Shown one piece after another: positions 30,560-39,985 of a stretch of DNA of 64,000 bases (its first letter is position 1; each line of letters starts with the position of its first letter). A program made the position numbers and the translations under genes. This DNA is from Alphaproteobacteria bacterium (GTDB taxonomy: Bacteria > Pseudomonadota > Alphaproteobacteria > UBA6615): positions 1-64,000 of the forward strand of contig CBDHEC010000017.1 in NCBI GenBank assembly GCA_965261975.1, in the 5' to 3' direction. A model generated the notes under the pieces. That model searched no databases and was not told the DNA's origin. It saw nothing but the letters and a program-made list of their open reading frames with translations.

Positions 30560-31380
30560 CTCGATCTTCCAACCCCGGAGTCACCCCCGGAACTTCAGAT
30601 CTTTCGGGTCCCACCCGCCGGGCTTGCGCCCCGCCGGCTTCGACCCAATACCCACATCGGCATCCAGCTTCTCATCGCTCCGCGCGTGGGACGCACCCCT
30701 GGCCGATACGTCGTCCATCGCGCTTCGCTTTTCCGGTATCGTCCGCTTTGACACGTCCCATACCGTCCCCGAAGGGATCGAAGCCTAGGTCAGCCGCCGT
30801 CCTGCAAACCCGTCCGATTGGTCGCCGCGGCTCCGAAGAACCGGGGTTTCCGACCGGCCGTCGTCTCGAATTCCTGGCCGGCGAGAGCCTGGATAACGAA
30901 ACGCTGCCGTCCTTCCTGCGCCCCGAGCCCGCCGAAGCTGGCATCCGGGCGGAGCGCGCGCTCCGAGGAGCTTGCGCTTCCGGAAAGACCGCTGGATTGC
31001 GCAACGGTGCCTTCCTTACCGGCCGACCTCTGGCTGTGTTCTTCCGAGGAAGCACACCTCCGTCCGGTCTGCCGACCGTGCCCGACCGTTGCATGGTTGC
31101 CCATGTATCGGACCGAACACATGAATGAACATCCACCGAGGCGATCGATCCCGAAGGATCATGTCCATCCGCCGACTTTCCCCCCGACCTGGCGTCACCT
31201 TGCGGCAACCCCGTTGATCCGGCGTTCGGTTCCCGTCGATCCGGCACGCCCCCTTGGTGACCGTTCCGAACCTGTCCGAGCCAACCGCAGAGCGGCTAAT
31301 CCGACCCGACAGAAACCCGTCGACACGCCAATGCGTGCACGGACATGTTCGACCGCTGCCGCAAAGGCGGCAATGTCCAA
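30505..31380 (-). ncRNA. Candidate large (~870 nt) highly structured non-coding RNA, family not recognised
   Basis: At least 10 hairpins with cUUCGg, cCUCGg or GNRA loops and G-U pairs on the minus strand only; a long-range helix; terminator-like 3' hairpin; no credible protein ORF; ends approximate. Confidence 0.7.
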
Positions 31381-31421
31381 TCGGCCCCGGCATCCAGTTT
31401 CTTGTGCAAAACTCGCCCGGT

Positions 31422-31451
31422 AGATCACAACTCCTCCACAGGTTTTCCACA
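31422..31451. promoter_or_regulatory. Phased DnaA-box-like array
   Basis: TTTTCCACA (31443-31451, fits TTWTNCACA), TCCTCCACA (31432-31440) and a weaker third box, at an 11-bp period. Confidence 0.45.
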
Positions 31452-31510
31452 CGCTACCCACGACACCGACGCTGTGCCCGTCGATCCAAGCTGTTGCGCG
31501 CGGCAGTGTC

Positions 31511-31540
31511 ATTGACGAAACGGGGGGCGGGGGTCTAAAT
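31511..31540 (+). promoter_or_regulatory. Candidate sigma70 promoter of sdhCDAB
   Basis: ATTGAC-N18-CTAAAT, similar to the alphaproteobacterial CTTGAC-N17-CTATAT. Confidence 0.55.
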
Positions 31541-31663
31541 CTGCTTTCTAGAAATACATACGCACGTGACCGTCACGAACGACTGTTTGACGGCGCGCGG
31601 CACACGGAAAACCACCGGAACCATTTCCCTGGTTCCGGCTTTGCAGCAAAGTCAGGGGGCATC

Positions 31664-32059
31664 ATGGCGACCGACAACAGACCGCTATCGCCGCACCTTC
31701 AGGTCTATCGCCCGCAGTTCACATCGGTGCTGTCGATCCTTCATCGCATCACGGGTATCGGCCTCGCCGTCGGCACACTGCTTTTGGTCTGGTGGCTGAT
31801 CGCCGCCGCCGCAGGGCCCACGGAATTTGACGCGGTGCAGAAATTCATTGGTTCGGTCATCGGGCGAATACTGCTGCTCGCCTGGAGCTTCGCGCTCTAC
31901 TATCACCTCTGCAACGGCATCCGGCATCTGGTCTGGGACGCCGGCAAGGGATTCGAACTGAGTACCGCATTCGCTTCGGCCTGGCTGGTGGTCGTCGCCG
32001 CGAGCGTTCTCACCGTCATCAGCTGGGTCGCTGGTTACGCCAGCCTCGGAGGGCTCTAG
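31664..32059 (+). CDS. sdhC: Succinate dehydrogenase cytochrome b556 subunit
   Basis: RPLSPHLQVY, SILHRITG, HLCNGIRHL.WD.G.G. Confidence 0.97.
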   Translation: MATDNRPLSPHLQVYRPQFTSVLSILHRITGIGLAVGTLLLVWWLIAAAAGPTEFDAVQKFIGSVIGRILLLAWSFALYYHLCNGIRHLVWDAGKGFELSTAFASAWLVVVAASVLTVISWVAGYASLGGL

Positions 32060-32061
32060 AG

Positions 32062-32439
32062 ATGAACATGCGCTCCCCCCTGAGCCGCGCACGCGGCCTC
32101 GGATCCGCCAAGAGCGGCACCAACCATTGGTGGGCACAGCGACTCACGGCGCTGGCGTTGATCCCGCTCGTGATCTGGTTCGTCGTGTCCATGATTATTG
32201 TCACCGGCGCCGACCATGCAGCGGCCGTCGACTTCATCAGCAGCCCGGTCAACTCGGTTCTGCTTATCCTCCTGATCGTCGCCACATTCCATCATGGGCA
32301 ACTCGGCCTGACGGTGGTGATCGAGGACTACATCCACACACGCTGGCTCGAAGTGGGCCTGATCATCGCGGTCAAAGGCGCGGCCATTTTCCTTGGCGTC
32401 GCCTCTGTCTACGCCGTGATCGCAATCGCATTGAATTAA
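32062..32439 (+). CDS. sdhD: Succinate dehydrogenase membrane anchor
   Basis: [27 protein letters not shown]. Confidence 0.96.
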   Translation: MNMRSPLSRARGLGSAKSGTNHWWAQRLTALALIPLVIWFVVSMIIVTGADHAAAVDFISSPVNSVLLILLIVATFHHGQLGLTVVIEDYIHTRWLEVGLIIAVKGAAIFLGVASVYAVIAIALN

Positions 32440-32449
32440 GGAGTTAACG

Positions 32450-34243
32450 ATGGCGACCAACGGCGATTACGAGATCATCGACCATGACTACGACGTTATT
32501 GTCGTAGGCGCGGGCGGTGCCGGGTTGCGTGCCACATTCGGCATGGCGAACCAGGGCCTGAAAACGGCATGCATCTCGAAAGTATTTCCCACACGCTCCC
32601 ACACGGTGGCGGCTCAGGGCGGCATTTCGGCGGCACTCGGCAATATGGGCGAGGATGACTGGCGCTGGCACATGTACGACACCGTGAAGGGGTCGGACTG
32701 GCTGGGCGATCAGGACGCCATCGAATACATGGTGCGCGAAGCGATACCGGCGATCATCGAACTCGAGCATCAGGGCGTACCGTTCAGCCGCACCGAAGCG
32801 GGCAAAATCTACCAGCGCCCCTTCGGCGGCATGACCACCAACTATGGTGAAGGCACGGCCCAGCGCACCTGCGCGGCGGCCGACCGAACCGGCCACGCAA
32901 TCCTGCACACGCTGTATCAGCAGTCGCTGCGCTACAACGCGGAATTCTTCATCGAGTATTTCGCCCTCGACCTGATCATGGAAGACGGCAAATGCCGCGG
33001 CGTTATGGCCTGGAACCTGGCCGACGGCACGATGCACCGCTTCCGTGGACACCTCGTATGCATGGCGACGGGCGGCTACGGCCGGGCCTACTTCTCGGCC
33101 ACCTCCGCGCACACCTGCACGGGCGACGGCAACGCGATGGTTGCACGCGCCGGACTGCCGCTCGAGGACATGGAGTTCGTACAGTTCCACCCGACCGGCA
33201 TTTACGGTGCCGGCGCGCTGATCACCGAAGGATCGCGTGGCGAAGGCGGCTACCTCACCAACTCCGAGGGCGAGCGTTTCATGGAACGCTATGCGCCGTC
33301 CGCCAAGGACCTGGCCAGCCGCGATGTCGTCAGCCGTTCGATGACCATCGAAATGCGCGAGGGCCGCGGTGTCGGTGACGAGAAGGACCATATCCATCTC
33401 CACCTCGAACATCTCGACCCCGACGTGCTGGCCCAGCGCCTGCCCGGCATTTCCGAGACAGCGCGTATCTTCGCGGGCGTCGACGTCACCAAGGAGCCGA
33501 TCCCGGTCCTGCCGACCTGCCATTACAATATGGGCGGCATCCCGACGACCTATCAGGGTCAGGTCCGGACCTGGACGGAGGATGATCCCGAGGCGGTCAC
33601 GCCGGGCCTGATGGCCATCGGCGAGGCGGCCAGCGTGTCGGTGCATGGCGCCAACCGACTGGGCTCGAACTCGCTGCTCGACCTGGTCGTCTTCGGCCGG
33701 GCGGCGGCATTGCGCGCGGCCGAACTGGTCACGCCAGGCACGCCACATGAACCGCTTCCCGAGGGCGCCGGCGACGAGGCGCTCGCGCGCTTCGACAAGC
33801 TGCGCCACGCCTCGGGCAGCACGCCGACCGCGAAGCTGCGCCTCGAGATGCAACGCACGATGCAGAACAACTGCGCCGTGTTCCGCACCGGCGAGGTCTT
33901 GCAGGAAGGCGCAAGCAAACTGGACGAACTCTGGGGCGCGCGTGACGACCTGAGCGTGTCCGATGACTCGCTGATCTGGAATTCCGACCTGGTCGAGACT
34001 CTCGAGCTCGAGAATCTGATGATGCAGGCGGTGATCACGATGAATGGCGCGAAGGAGCGCGAAGAAAGCCGCGGCGCACATGCTCGTGAAGACTTCCCCG
34101 ATCGAAACGACGATGACTGGATGAAGCACACGCTTGCCTGGGTCGACGAGAAGGGCAAAGTCGACCTCAAATATCGCCCGGTGCACCTCCAGACAATGAC
34201 CAACGAAGTCCAGAGCTTCCCGCCGAAGGTGCGGTCCTACTAG
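32450..34243 (+). CDS. sdhA: Succinate dehydrogenase flavoprotein
   Basis: [45 protein letters not shown]. Confidence 0.98.
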   Translation: MATNGDYEIIDHDYDVIVVGAGGAGLRATFGMANQGLKTACISKVFPTRSHTVAAQGGISAALGNMGEDDWRWHMYDTVKGSDWLGDQDAIEYMVREAIPAIIELEHQGVPFSRTEAGKIYQRPFGGMTTNYGEGTAQRTCAAADRTGHAILHTLYQQSLRYNAEFFIEYFALDLIMEDGKCRGVMAWNLADGTMHRFRGHLVCMATGGYGRAYFSATSAHTCTGDGNAMVARAGLPLEDMEFVQFHPTGIYGAGALITEGSRGEGGYLTNSEGERFMERYAPSAKDLASRDVVSRSMTIEMREGRGVGDEKDHIHLHLEHLDPDVLAQRLPGISETARIFAGVDVTKEPIPVLPTCHYNMGGIPTTYQGQVRTWTEDDPEAVTPGLMAIGEAASVSVHGANRLGSNSLLDLVVFGRAAALRAAELVTPGTPHEPLPEGAGDEALARFDKLRHASGSTPTAKLRLEMQRTMQNNCAVFRTGEVLQEGASKLDELWGARDDLSVSDDSLIWNSDLVETLELENLMMQAVITMNGAKEREESRGAHAREDFPDRNDDDWMKHTLAWVDEKGKVDLKYRPVHLQTMTNEVQSFPPKVRSY

Positions 34244-34274
34244 GCCGCCCCCGGCGACGAGGAGAATTTAAGAC

Positions 34275-35054
34275 ATGGCTGAGTTTACGCTGCCGAAGAA
34301 TTCCAAAGTGACCGAAGGCAAGGAATGGCCCAAGCCCTCGGGTGCGACCAACACCAAGGCCTTCAAGATCTACCGCTGGTCCCCGGACAGCGGTGAGAAT
34401 CCGCGGGTCGACACCTACCATATCGATCTCGATGATTGCGGGCCGATGGTCTTGGACGCGCTGATCAAGATCAAGAACGAGGTCGACCCGACGCTCACCT
34501 TCCGGCGGTCATGCCGCGAGGGTGTGTGCGGTTCCTGTGCGATGAACATCGACGGCACCAATACGCTGGCCTGCACCAAGTACATCGCCGACGCGAAGAA
34601 GGACGTGCGGGTCTATCCCCTGCCCCATCAGTCGGTCATCAAGGACCTGGTGCCAGACCAGACCCATTTCTTCGCCCAGTACCGGCAGATCGAGCCCTGG
34701 CTCAAGACGGACAGTCAGCCCCCTGAGCGCGAGCGCCTGCAAAGCCCCGAAGACCGGGCCAAGATCGACGGCATGTGGGAATGCGTCCTGTGCGCGTGCT
34801 GCTCGACATCCTGCCCGAGCTACTGGTGGAACGAGGATCGCTACCTCGGCCCGGCCATCCTGTTGCAGGCCTATCGCTGGCTCGCCGACAGCCGCGACGA
34901 GGCAACTGGCGACCGTCTCGACCAGCTGGAAGACCCGTTCCGCCTGTATCGTTGCCACACGATCATGAACTGCACGCGCACCTGCCCGAAGAGCCTGAAC
35001 CCGGCCAAGGCAATCGCAGAGATCAAGAAGATGATGGTGGAACGCCGGGTTTGA
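34275..35054 (+). CDS. sdhB: Succinate dehydrogenase iron-sulfur subunit
   Basis: [33 protein letters not shown]. Confidence 0.98.
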   Translation: MAEFTLPKNSKVTEGKEWPKPSGATNTKAFKIYRWSPDSGENPRVDTYHIDLDDCGPMVLDALIKIKNEVDPTLTFRRSCREGVCGSCAMNIDGTNTLACTKYIADAKKDVRVYPLPHQSVIKDLVPDQTHFFAQYRQIEPWLKTDSQPPERERLQSPEDRAKIDGMWECVLCACCSTSCPSYWWNEDRYLGPAILLQAYRWLADSRDEATGDRLDQLEDPFRLYRCHTIMNCTRTCPKSLNPAKAIAEIKKMMVERRV

Positions 35055-35971
35055 CGATCCGGCGCGATACCAAGACCCTCGACAGGCGCGCGCGCCCAGC
35101 CCGGGCTTGCGTTAATCGAATCATCACCGCCGCGGCCCTGTCCGCGGCGGTCGTGTTTTCAGCCGCTGCCCCGGCCCATGGACAGGGCGAGGCCGAACGT
35201 GTTCCCGCCGGCCCCGCCAACATGTTCAAGCCCGGCGCCGCATTCCTGTATTACGCCGGCACCGCGGACCCGGCCCGGATCGAGGGTCTCAACGCGGCCC
35301 TCAACACAATGACCGTGCAAAGCGCGGAAACCGCCGCGGCCATGCAGTCCGTGCGGGCCGGAATCGACAAAGGCGTGGCCGACAGCAGCCGGGACAACCT
35401 CGCGCGCACCGTGGCGACGAGCATCGAAGGCACCTTTTCCGTAGCGGTGCAGGCTGGCTTTCTGCAAGCGCTGGCCCGGACCGACCCGGCTTTCGGCCAG
35501 GTGCTGCAGACCGCGCAGATGAACATTCGTTTGCCGGACGGTGAGACGATCGATCTGCCAATCCTGCTGGCCGCCGCCGTGCACTCATTGAGTGTGGTCA
35601 GCGCCGGCAAAAGAATGCGCAGCGAAAGCCTGCCGCGCGACCTGGCGGGCAGCTATGAACTGCAGGCGACAGGCACCTGCTCCGTGCCGGACGGCATGAT
35701 CCAGATTTCCCAGCAGGATTTCGTCATCGAGGGCGTCAGCGAAGACCGGCTGACCCTCTTCGGGGCCGTGGGTGACGGAAGCGTCTATCTGTTCTCGAAC
35801 GAGCAACGCTTCGCCCGGGTCACGGACAATGCCGGCAATACACCGCAAATCGACGTCCCGGATACCCCGTCCGACCTGTTCGAGGCTGAACTGCCGGCAA
35901 AGGGCGAACCAATCACTTTCCAAAGCATTGCGCGCGGTGCATGCAGCTTCACCTTGACGCCAGCTTCATAG
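35051..35971 (+). CDS. Hypothetical exported protein
   Basis: Open 306-codon frame with signal-peptide-like [18 protein letters not shown]; TTG start overlapping the sdhB stop is inferred. Confidence 0.65.
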   Translation: MTIRRDTKTLDRRARPARACVNRIITAAALSAAVVFSAAAPAHGQGEAERVPAGPANMFKPGAAFLYYAGTADPARIEGLNAALNTMTVQSAETAAAMQSVRAGIDKGVADSSRDNLARTVATSIEGTFSVAVQAGFLQALARTDPAFGQVLQTAQMNIRLPDGETIDLPILLAAAVHSLSVVSAGKRMRSESLPRDLAGSYELQATGTCSVPDGMIQISQQDFVIEGVSEDRLTLFGAVGDGSVYLFSNEQRFARVTDNAGNTPQIDVPDTPSDLFEAELPAKGEPITFQSIARGACSFTLTPAS

Positions 35972-35990
35972 ACAAACGGGAAGCCGCCGC

Positions 35991-36617
35991 ATGTTCATAC
36001 CGGACCTGTTTCGCGAAACCGACAACGCTGTCCTGCATGAGCTGATTGCAACCAATCCGTTCGGAATTTTGATTGGCCAATATGATGGCGAGCCGTTCGC
36101 GACCCACATACCCTTCATGCTCGATCGCGCAACCGGGCCTAACGGCACCCTGATCGGCCATGTGGCGAGGAACAATCCGCATGGTTCACTCTTCGATGGC
36201 ACCACGAGCTTGCTGGCCATCTTCGAGGGGCCACACGCCTATGTTTCGCCGCGCTGGTACAATCCCGGCAATGCTGTCCCCACCTGGAACTATGCCGTCG
36301 TACACGCCTATGGGACAGCGCAGGAAGTGACCGACATCGACACCGTGCGTGCTCATCAGGAAGCGCTCATCGCGGCTTTCGAGGGCAATGCCCCGGGCGC
36401 ATGGACAATGGATGAACAGCCCGAGCGCTACATCGAGGGAATGCTCCGCGGCGTGAGCGCGTTCGAAATACCCATCGACCGGCTCGAAGGCAAGTTCAAG
36501 CTGAGCCAGAACCGGCCCGAGGCCGACCGCGCCAATGTTGCAAGCGAGTTGGCGAAAAGTACCCGCGAGACAGACCGAAACCTGGCCGCCCTGATGCAGG
36601 CACGCGCAGACCGATAG
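35991..36617 (+). CDS. FMN-binding split-barrel protein (PaiB-like 'negative transcriptional regulator')
   Basis: ATHIPF, GHVARNNP, GPHAYVSP.WY, VPTWNY..VH, GKFKLSQN. Confidence 0.9.
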   Translation: MFIPDLFRETDNAVLHELIATNPFGILIGQYDGEPFATHIPFMLDRATGPNGTLIGHVARNNPHGSLFDGTTSLLAIFEGPHAYVSPRWYNPGNAVPTWNYAVVHAYGTAQEVTDIDTVRAHQEALIAAFEGNAPGAWTMDEQPERYIEGMLRGVSAFEIPIDRLEGKFKLSQNRPEADRANVASELAKSTRETDRNLAALMQARADR

Positions 36618-36620
36618 CCG

Positions 36621-36971
36621 CTATTTGACCCGCCGCAAATGTGGCGGTTTGCGATCCTGCTTCGGTGGCCCGCTGTCATGCGGCCCGCTGCCGCCGGATC
36701 GCCGTCGCATCAACCGATACAAATAGAAAACACCCATGGTGACGATCAGCGCGCCGACGAGCCTCAGACAGGTCTGGGCGATCAACCCCTGCAGATCCAG
36801 AAACGAGACCCGGCCCAGCGCCAAGGCAAATATCTGTACCGCAAGCCCCCAGAGGACCGCATACTTGAAGGCTCGCCATGGCGTTGTGGCGTAGACGCCA
36901 AGACCGATATAACCGGCCAGTGCGATCGGGCTCGCGGTAAGTTCTAGGGCGAGGTTCAGGTATGAAAGCAT
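36621..36971 (-). CDS. Hypothetical membrane protein
   Basis: Three hydrophobic segments and a C-terminal PHLRRVK tail. Confidence 0.6.
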   Translation of the reverse strand: MLSYLNLALELTASPIALAGYIGLGVYATTPWRAFKYAVLWGLAVQIFALALGRVSFLDLQGLIAQTCLRLVGALIVTMGVFYLYRLMRRRSGGSGPHDSGPPKQDRKPPHLRRVK

Positions 36972-37136
36972 CGGTCGGTCCGGCGGTTAACAAGCCGCTT
37001 GAATCTAGCGACAAACACCTTGCGTCACCAGCCGGGATACCCCCTTGCGGGAACAACCGCCCGCGCCTACTCGTCTGTCAGCACCATGCGAGCTATAATC
37101 GCCTGAACGACAAATACATTGGCCGGGAGCCGCGCC

Positions 37137-37940
37137 ATGGAACTGACCCAGGAACAGCTCGAACAATTCGACTCCGAAGGCTGGGTGTTTTTGCCCGACG
37201 TGTTCAGCCAGGCGGAAATGGACGTCCTGTCAGGCGAGTTGCCGGAAATCTTCGCGATGGATCGCGATGAAGTCTGGCGCGAATCCAATGGCGAGGCCGT
37301 GCGCACCGCATTTGCCGCCCATTACTACAACGAGGCGTTCCGCCGCCTGGGCCGCCACCCGCGTCTGATCGGCCCGGTGCAGCAGCTGCTCGACGGCGAT
37401 GTCTACATGCACCAGTACAAGATCAACGGGAAGGCCGCCTTCGACGGCGATGTCTGGCAATGGCATCAGGATTACGGGACCTGGGCGCGCGACGACAAGA
37501 TGCCCGAGGCCCGGGCCATGAACATCGCGCTGTTCATCGACGAGGTGACCGAATTCAACGGCCCTCTCTACCTGATCCCGCGCAGCCACAAGGGTGGCGT
37601 GATCGAAGCCGGGCATGACCTCGCCACCACGTCATACCCGCTGTGGACCCTCGACAAGGAAAACGTCGCGAAGCTGGCCGAAGAAGGCGGCATGATCGCG
37701 CCCAAGGGCAAACCGGGCTCGGTCCTGCTGTTCCATTCGAACCTCGTACATGCCTCGGCGCCGAACATCAGCCCCTGGGGCCGGGTGATCGTCTATCTGA
37801 GCCTGTGCCATGTCGACAACCACATCCGCCAGTTCAAGCGCGAGGAATGGATCGCCCACCGCGACTTCACGCCGATCGAGCCACTCGACGACGATTGCCT
37901 GCTGGAACTCGCCCGGGAGCGTGCGACGGCAGCGGAGTAG
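37137..37940 (+). CDS. Fe(II)/2-oxoglutarate dioxygenase, PhyH family (EctD/proline hydroxylase-like)
   Basis: YMHQYKINGK, WHQD, NGPL..IP.SH, FH.NLVH.S..N. Confidence 0.88.
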   Translation: MELTQEQLEQFDSEGWVFLPDVFSQAEMDVLSGELPEIFAMDRDEVWRESNGEAVRTAFAAHYYNEAFRRLGRHPRLIGPVQQLLDGDVYMHQYKINGKAAFDGDVWQWHQDYGTWARDDKMPEARAMNIALFIDEVTEFNGPLYLIPRSHKGGVIEAGHDLATTSYPLWTLDKENVAKLAEEGGMIAPKGKPGSVLLFHSNLVHASAPNISPWGRVIVYLSLCHVDNHIRQFKREEWIAHRDFTPIEPLDDDCLLELARERATAAE

Positions 37941-37941
37941 C

Positions 37942-38499
37942 CTAGTCCGGCATCGGGGTGCGTTCGATCGTGTCCTCGATCGGCACGTGCAGCGTCGTGC
38001 AGAAGGTGCCGACGAGCTGGTAGTAGCCGACCATCACCGTCAGATCGACGAGACCCCGGTCGCCCAGGGCGTCGCGAATTTCTTCAATCAATGCGTCGTC
38101 GGCTTTCCCGTTGTTGGCGACGATGCGTGAGAACCGCAGCACCGGGCCGACAGGAGACGGCAGATCCTCGGCCGCCGGCATCCCGCAGATCGCGCGCATA
38201 TCATCCGGCATCCGGTGAATGTGATGGGTCCATTCGTACCAGTTGCCGACCTCCTTCGAGACCGTGCAGATGATCATCTCGCGCAACACCTCGTCGAAGA
38301 CGCTATGGAAGCGCACATGCTCGCCGACCGATGCCACGGCCTCGAGCGCGCCGGGGCTGCTGGCCATCCGCGCAAACAGTTCGGCCATGAACTCGAGCTT
38401 CCGGGTCTCCATGATGTGGTCATAGACGCCAACCCGCTCGGCGGGGAAATCTTCCCGTGACACGTGCGGCACCCGCGCGTCCTCGTTGTAGTCGGTCAT
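37942..38499 (-). CDS. Carboxymuconolactone decarboxylase / AhpD-like protein
   Basis: LREMII, YEW.HH, LVDLTVMVGYY; start MTDYNE at 38499. Confidence 0.75.
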   Translation of the reverse strand: MTDYNEDARVPHVSREDFPAERVGVYDHIMETRKLEFMAELFARMASSPGALEAVASVGEHVRFHSVFDEVLREMIICTVSKEVGNWYEWTHHIHRMPDDMRAICGMPAAEDLPSPVGPVLRFSRIVANNGKADDALIEEIRDALGDRGLVDLTVMVGYYQLVGTFCTTLHVPIEDTIERTPMPD

Positions 38500-38576
38500 G
38501 CTTCCCCTCCAGATTTTGAATGCAATTCGTTGTAGGTTGCGTTGATAGAATAGCGGGAAATGCAAAGGACGTTGCA

Positions 38577-39935
38577 ATGAACCTCCACGCGATGCTCGGC
38601 CGGCGCGCCGAAGACGGGCGGCCTGTCCGGGTTGGCCTGATCGGCTCGGGCAAATTCGGCACCATGTATCTATCCCAGGCGGCGCGGACGCCAGGCATCC
38701 ACGTCGTGGCGATCGCCGACCTGGACCCGGAGCGCGCCCGCGCGGCCTGCGCGCGGGTCGGGGGGCTCGATCCGTCCGCCGCGACATTCGAGGCCGCCCT
38801 GTCCGGAGGCAACACCCATCTGACCGACGATTCGATGGCGCTGGTCGCCGCCGACGGGATCGACGTGGTGATCGATGCGACCGGCAGCCCCGCCGCCGGT
38901 ATAGCCCACGCGCTGGCGGCCTGCGAGTACGGCAAGCACATCGTGATGGTCAACGTGGAAGCCGATGTCCTCGCCGGGCCGTTACTGGCTGAACGGGCTC
39001 GCCAGGCGGGGGTCGTCTATTCGCTCGCCTATGGCGATCAGCCGGCCTTGATTCACGAGCAGGTCGACTGGGCCCGGGCCTGCGGCCTCGAGGTGATCGC
39101 CGCCGGCAAGGGCACCAAGTATCTCGATGGCTACCACTATGTGACACCGGATGACGTCTGGGAGCATTACGGGCTGACCCCGGAACAGGCCGCGGCCGGC
39201 GGCATGAACCCGCAAATGTTCAACTCCTTCCTCGACGGCACCAAGTCAGCCATCGAGATGGCCGCCGTCGCCAACGCCACCGGGCTCACGCCCGCGCCCG
39301 ACGGGCTCGCCTTCCCGGCCTGCGGCGTCCACGACCTGCCGCATGTGATGCGGCCTGCCGCCGAGGGTGGCCAGTTGCATCACAAGGGACAGGTCGAGGT
39401 CATCAGCTCGGAGGAACGCGACGGCCGCCATGTGACCGGCGATCTGCGCTGGGGGGTGTATGTGGTGTTCGAGGCGCCGAGCGAATATGTCCGCGCCTGC
39501 TTCGATGAATATGGGCTGGTCACGGATGTCTCGGGCAACTATGCCGCCCAGTGGAAGCCCTACCACCTGATCGGGCTGGAACTCGGCATCTCCGTCGCCA
39601 GCGCCGCGCTGCGCAATGAGCCCACCGGATCCCCGACCGGCTTCCGTGGCGACGCCGTGGCAACCGCCAAACGTGACCTGAAACCAGGCGACGAGCTGGA
39701 CGGCGAAGGCGGATTCACCGTCTACGGGAAACTGATGCCGGCCGCGGCCAGTCTCGCCGCCGGCGGGCTTCCCATCGGGCTGGCCCATGGCGTGACGCTC
39801 AAGCGCGCCGTGCCCAGGGATCAGCCCGTCGGATGGGCCGATGTCGAGATCGACGCGAACATCCAGGCCGTGCAGGTGCGCCGCGAGATGGAAGCGATGT
39901 TCGCCGACCCGGCCGCACACGAAGCCGCACAATAA
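38577..39935 (+). CDS. NAD(P)-dependent oxidoreductase, homoserine dehydrogenase-like with C-terminal SAF domain
   Basis: GLIGSGKFG, MVNVEAD, YGDQP, GKGTKY, DGTKSAIEM, AKRDL.PG..LDGEGG. Confidence 0.88.
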   Translation: MNLHAMLGRRAEDGRPVRVGLIGSGKFGTMYLSQAARTPGIHVVAIADLDPERARAACARVGGLDPSAATFEAALSGGNTHLTDDSMALVAADGIDVVIDATGSPAAGIAHALAACEYGKHIVMVNVEADVLAGPLLAERARQAGVVYSLAYGDQPALIHEQVDWARACGLEVIAAGKGTKYLDGYHYVTPDDVWEHYGLTPEQAAAGGMNPQMFNSFLDGTKSAIEMAAVANATGLTPAPDGLAFPACGVHDLPHVMRPAAEGGQLHHKGQVEVISSEERDGRHVTGDLRWGVYVVFEAPSEYVRACFDEYGLVTDVSGNYAAQWKPYHLIGLELGISVASAALRNEPTGSPTGFRGDAVATAKRDLKPGDELDGEGGFTVYGKLMPAAASLAAGGLPIGLAHGVTLKRAVPRDQPVGWADVEIDANIQAVQVRREMEAMFADPAAHEAAQ

Positions 39936-39985
39936 CGCTGCCGCCGGTTGCGCCCGGCGCCAAGCTGGCCTACGTAACCGCCGCC

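Noticed and set aside
31170-31184. GGGGAAAGUCGG in the large RNA resembles the RNase P RNA GAGGAAAGUCC motif
   Set aside because: The 3' partner of P4 (ACAGAA..CGGCUUA) is not found on that strand, and the region is about twice the usual rnpB length.
30505-31380. Group II intron, cobalamin riboswitch or rRNA fragment as the explanation for the structured region
   Set aside because: I saw no domain V, B12 box or rRNA conserved motifs, and there is no interrupted gene or RT ORF. This is a by-eye judgement; cmscan is needed.
31376-31388. Minus-strand GGGGCCGAUUGGA resembles the tmRNA 5' end
   Set aside because: There is no following GAUUCGAC, T-arm/CCA end or ANDN-type tag frame.
30672-31450. 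ORFs of 100-200 aa overlapping the pdxY-sdhC spacer on both strands
   Set aside because: They are Arg/Pro/Gly/Ser-rich with no motifs or RBS and overlap each other, as expected for shadow ORFs in GC-rich structured DNA.
32444-34186. Long antisense ORFs opposite sdhA (and similarly opposite lysA, sucB, lpdA, priA, atpA)
   Set aside because: These are a known artefact of GC-rich codon usage opposite conserved genes.
37137-37940. Calling the dioxygenase ectD
   Set aside because: The signature differs (HQDYGTW versus HSDFETW) and no ect genes are adjacent.
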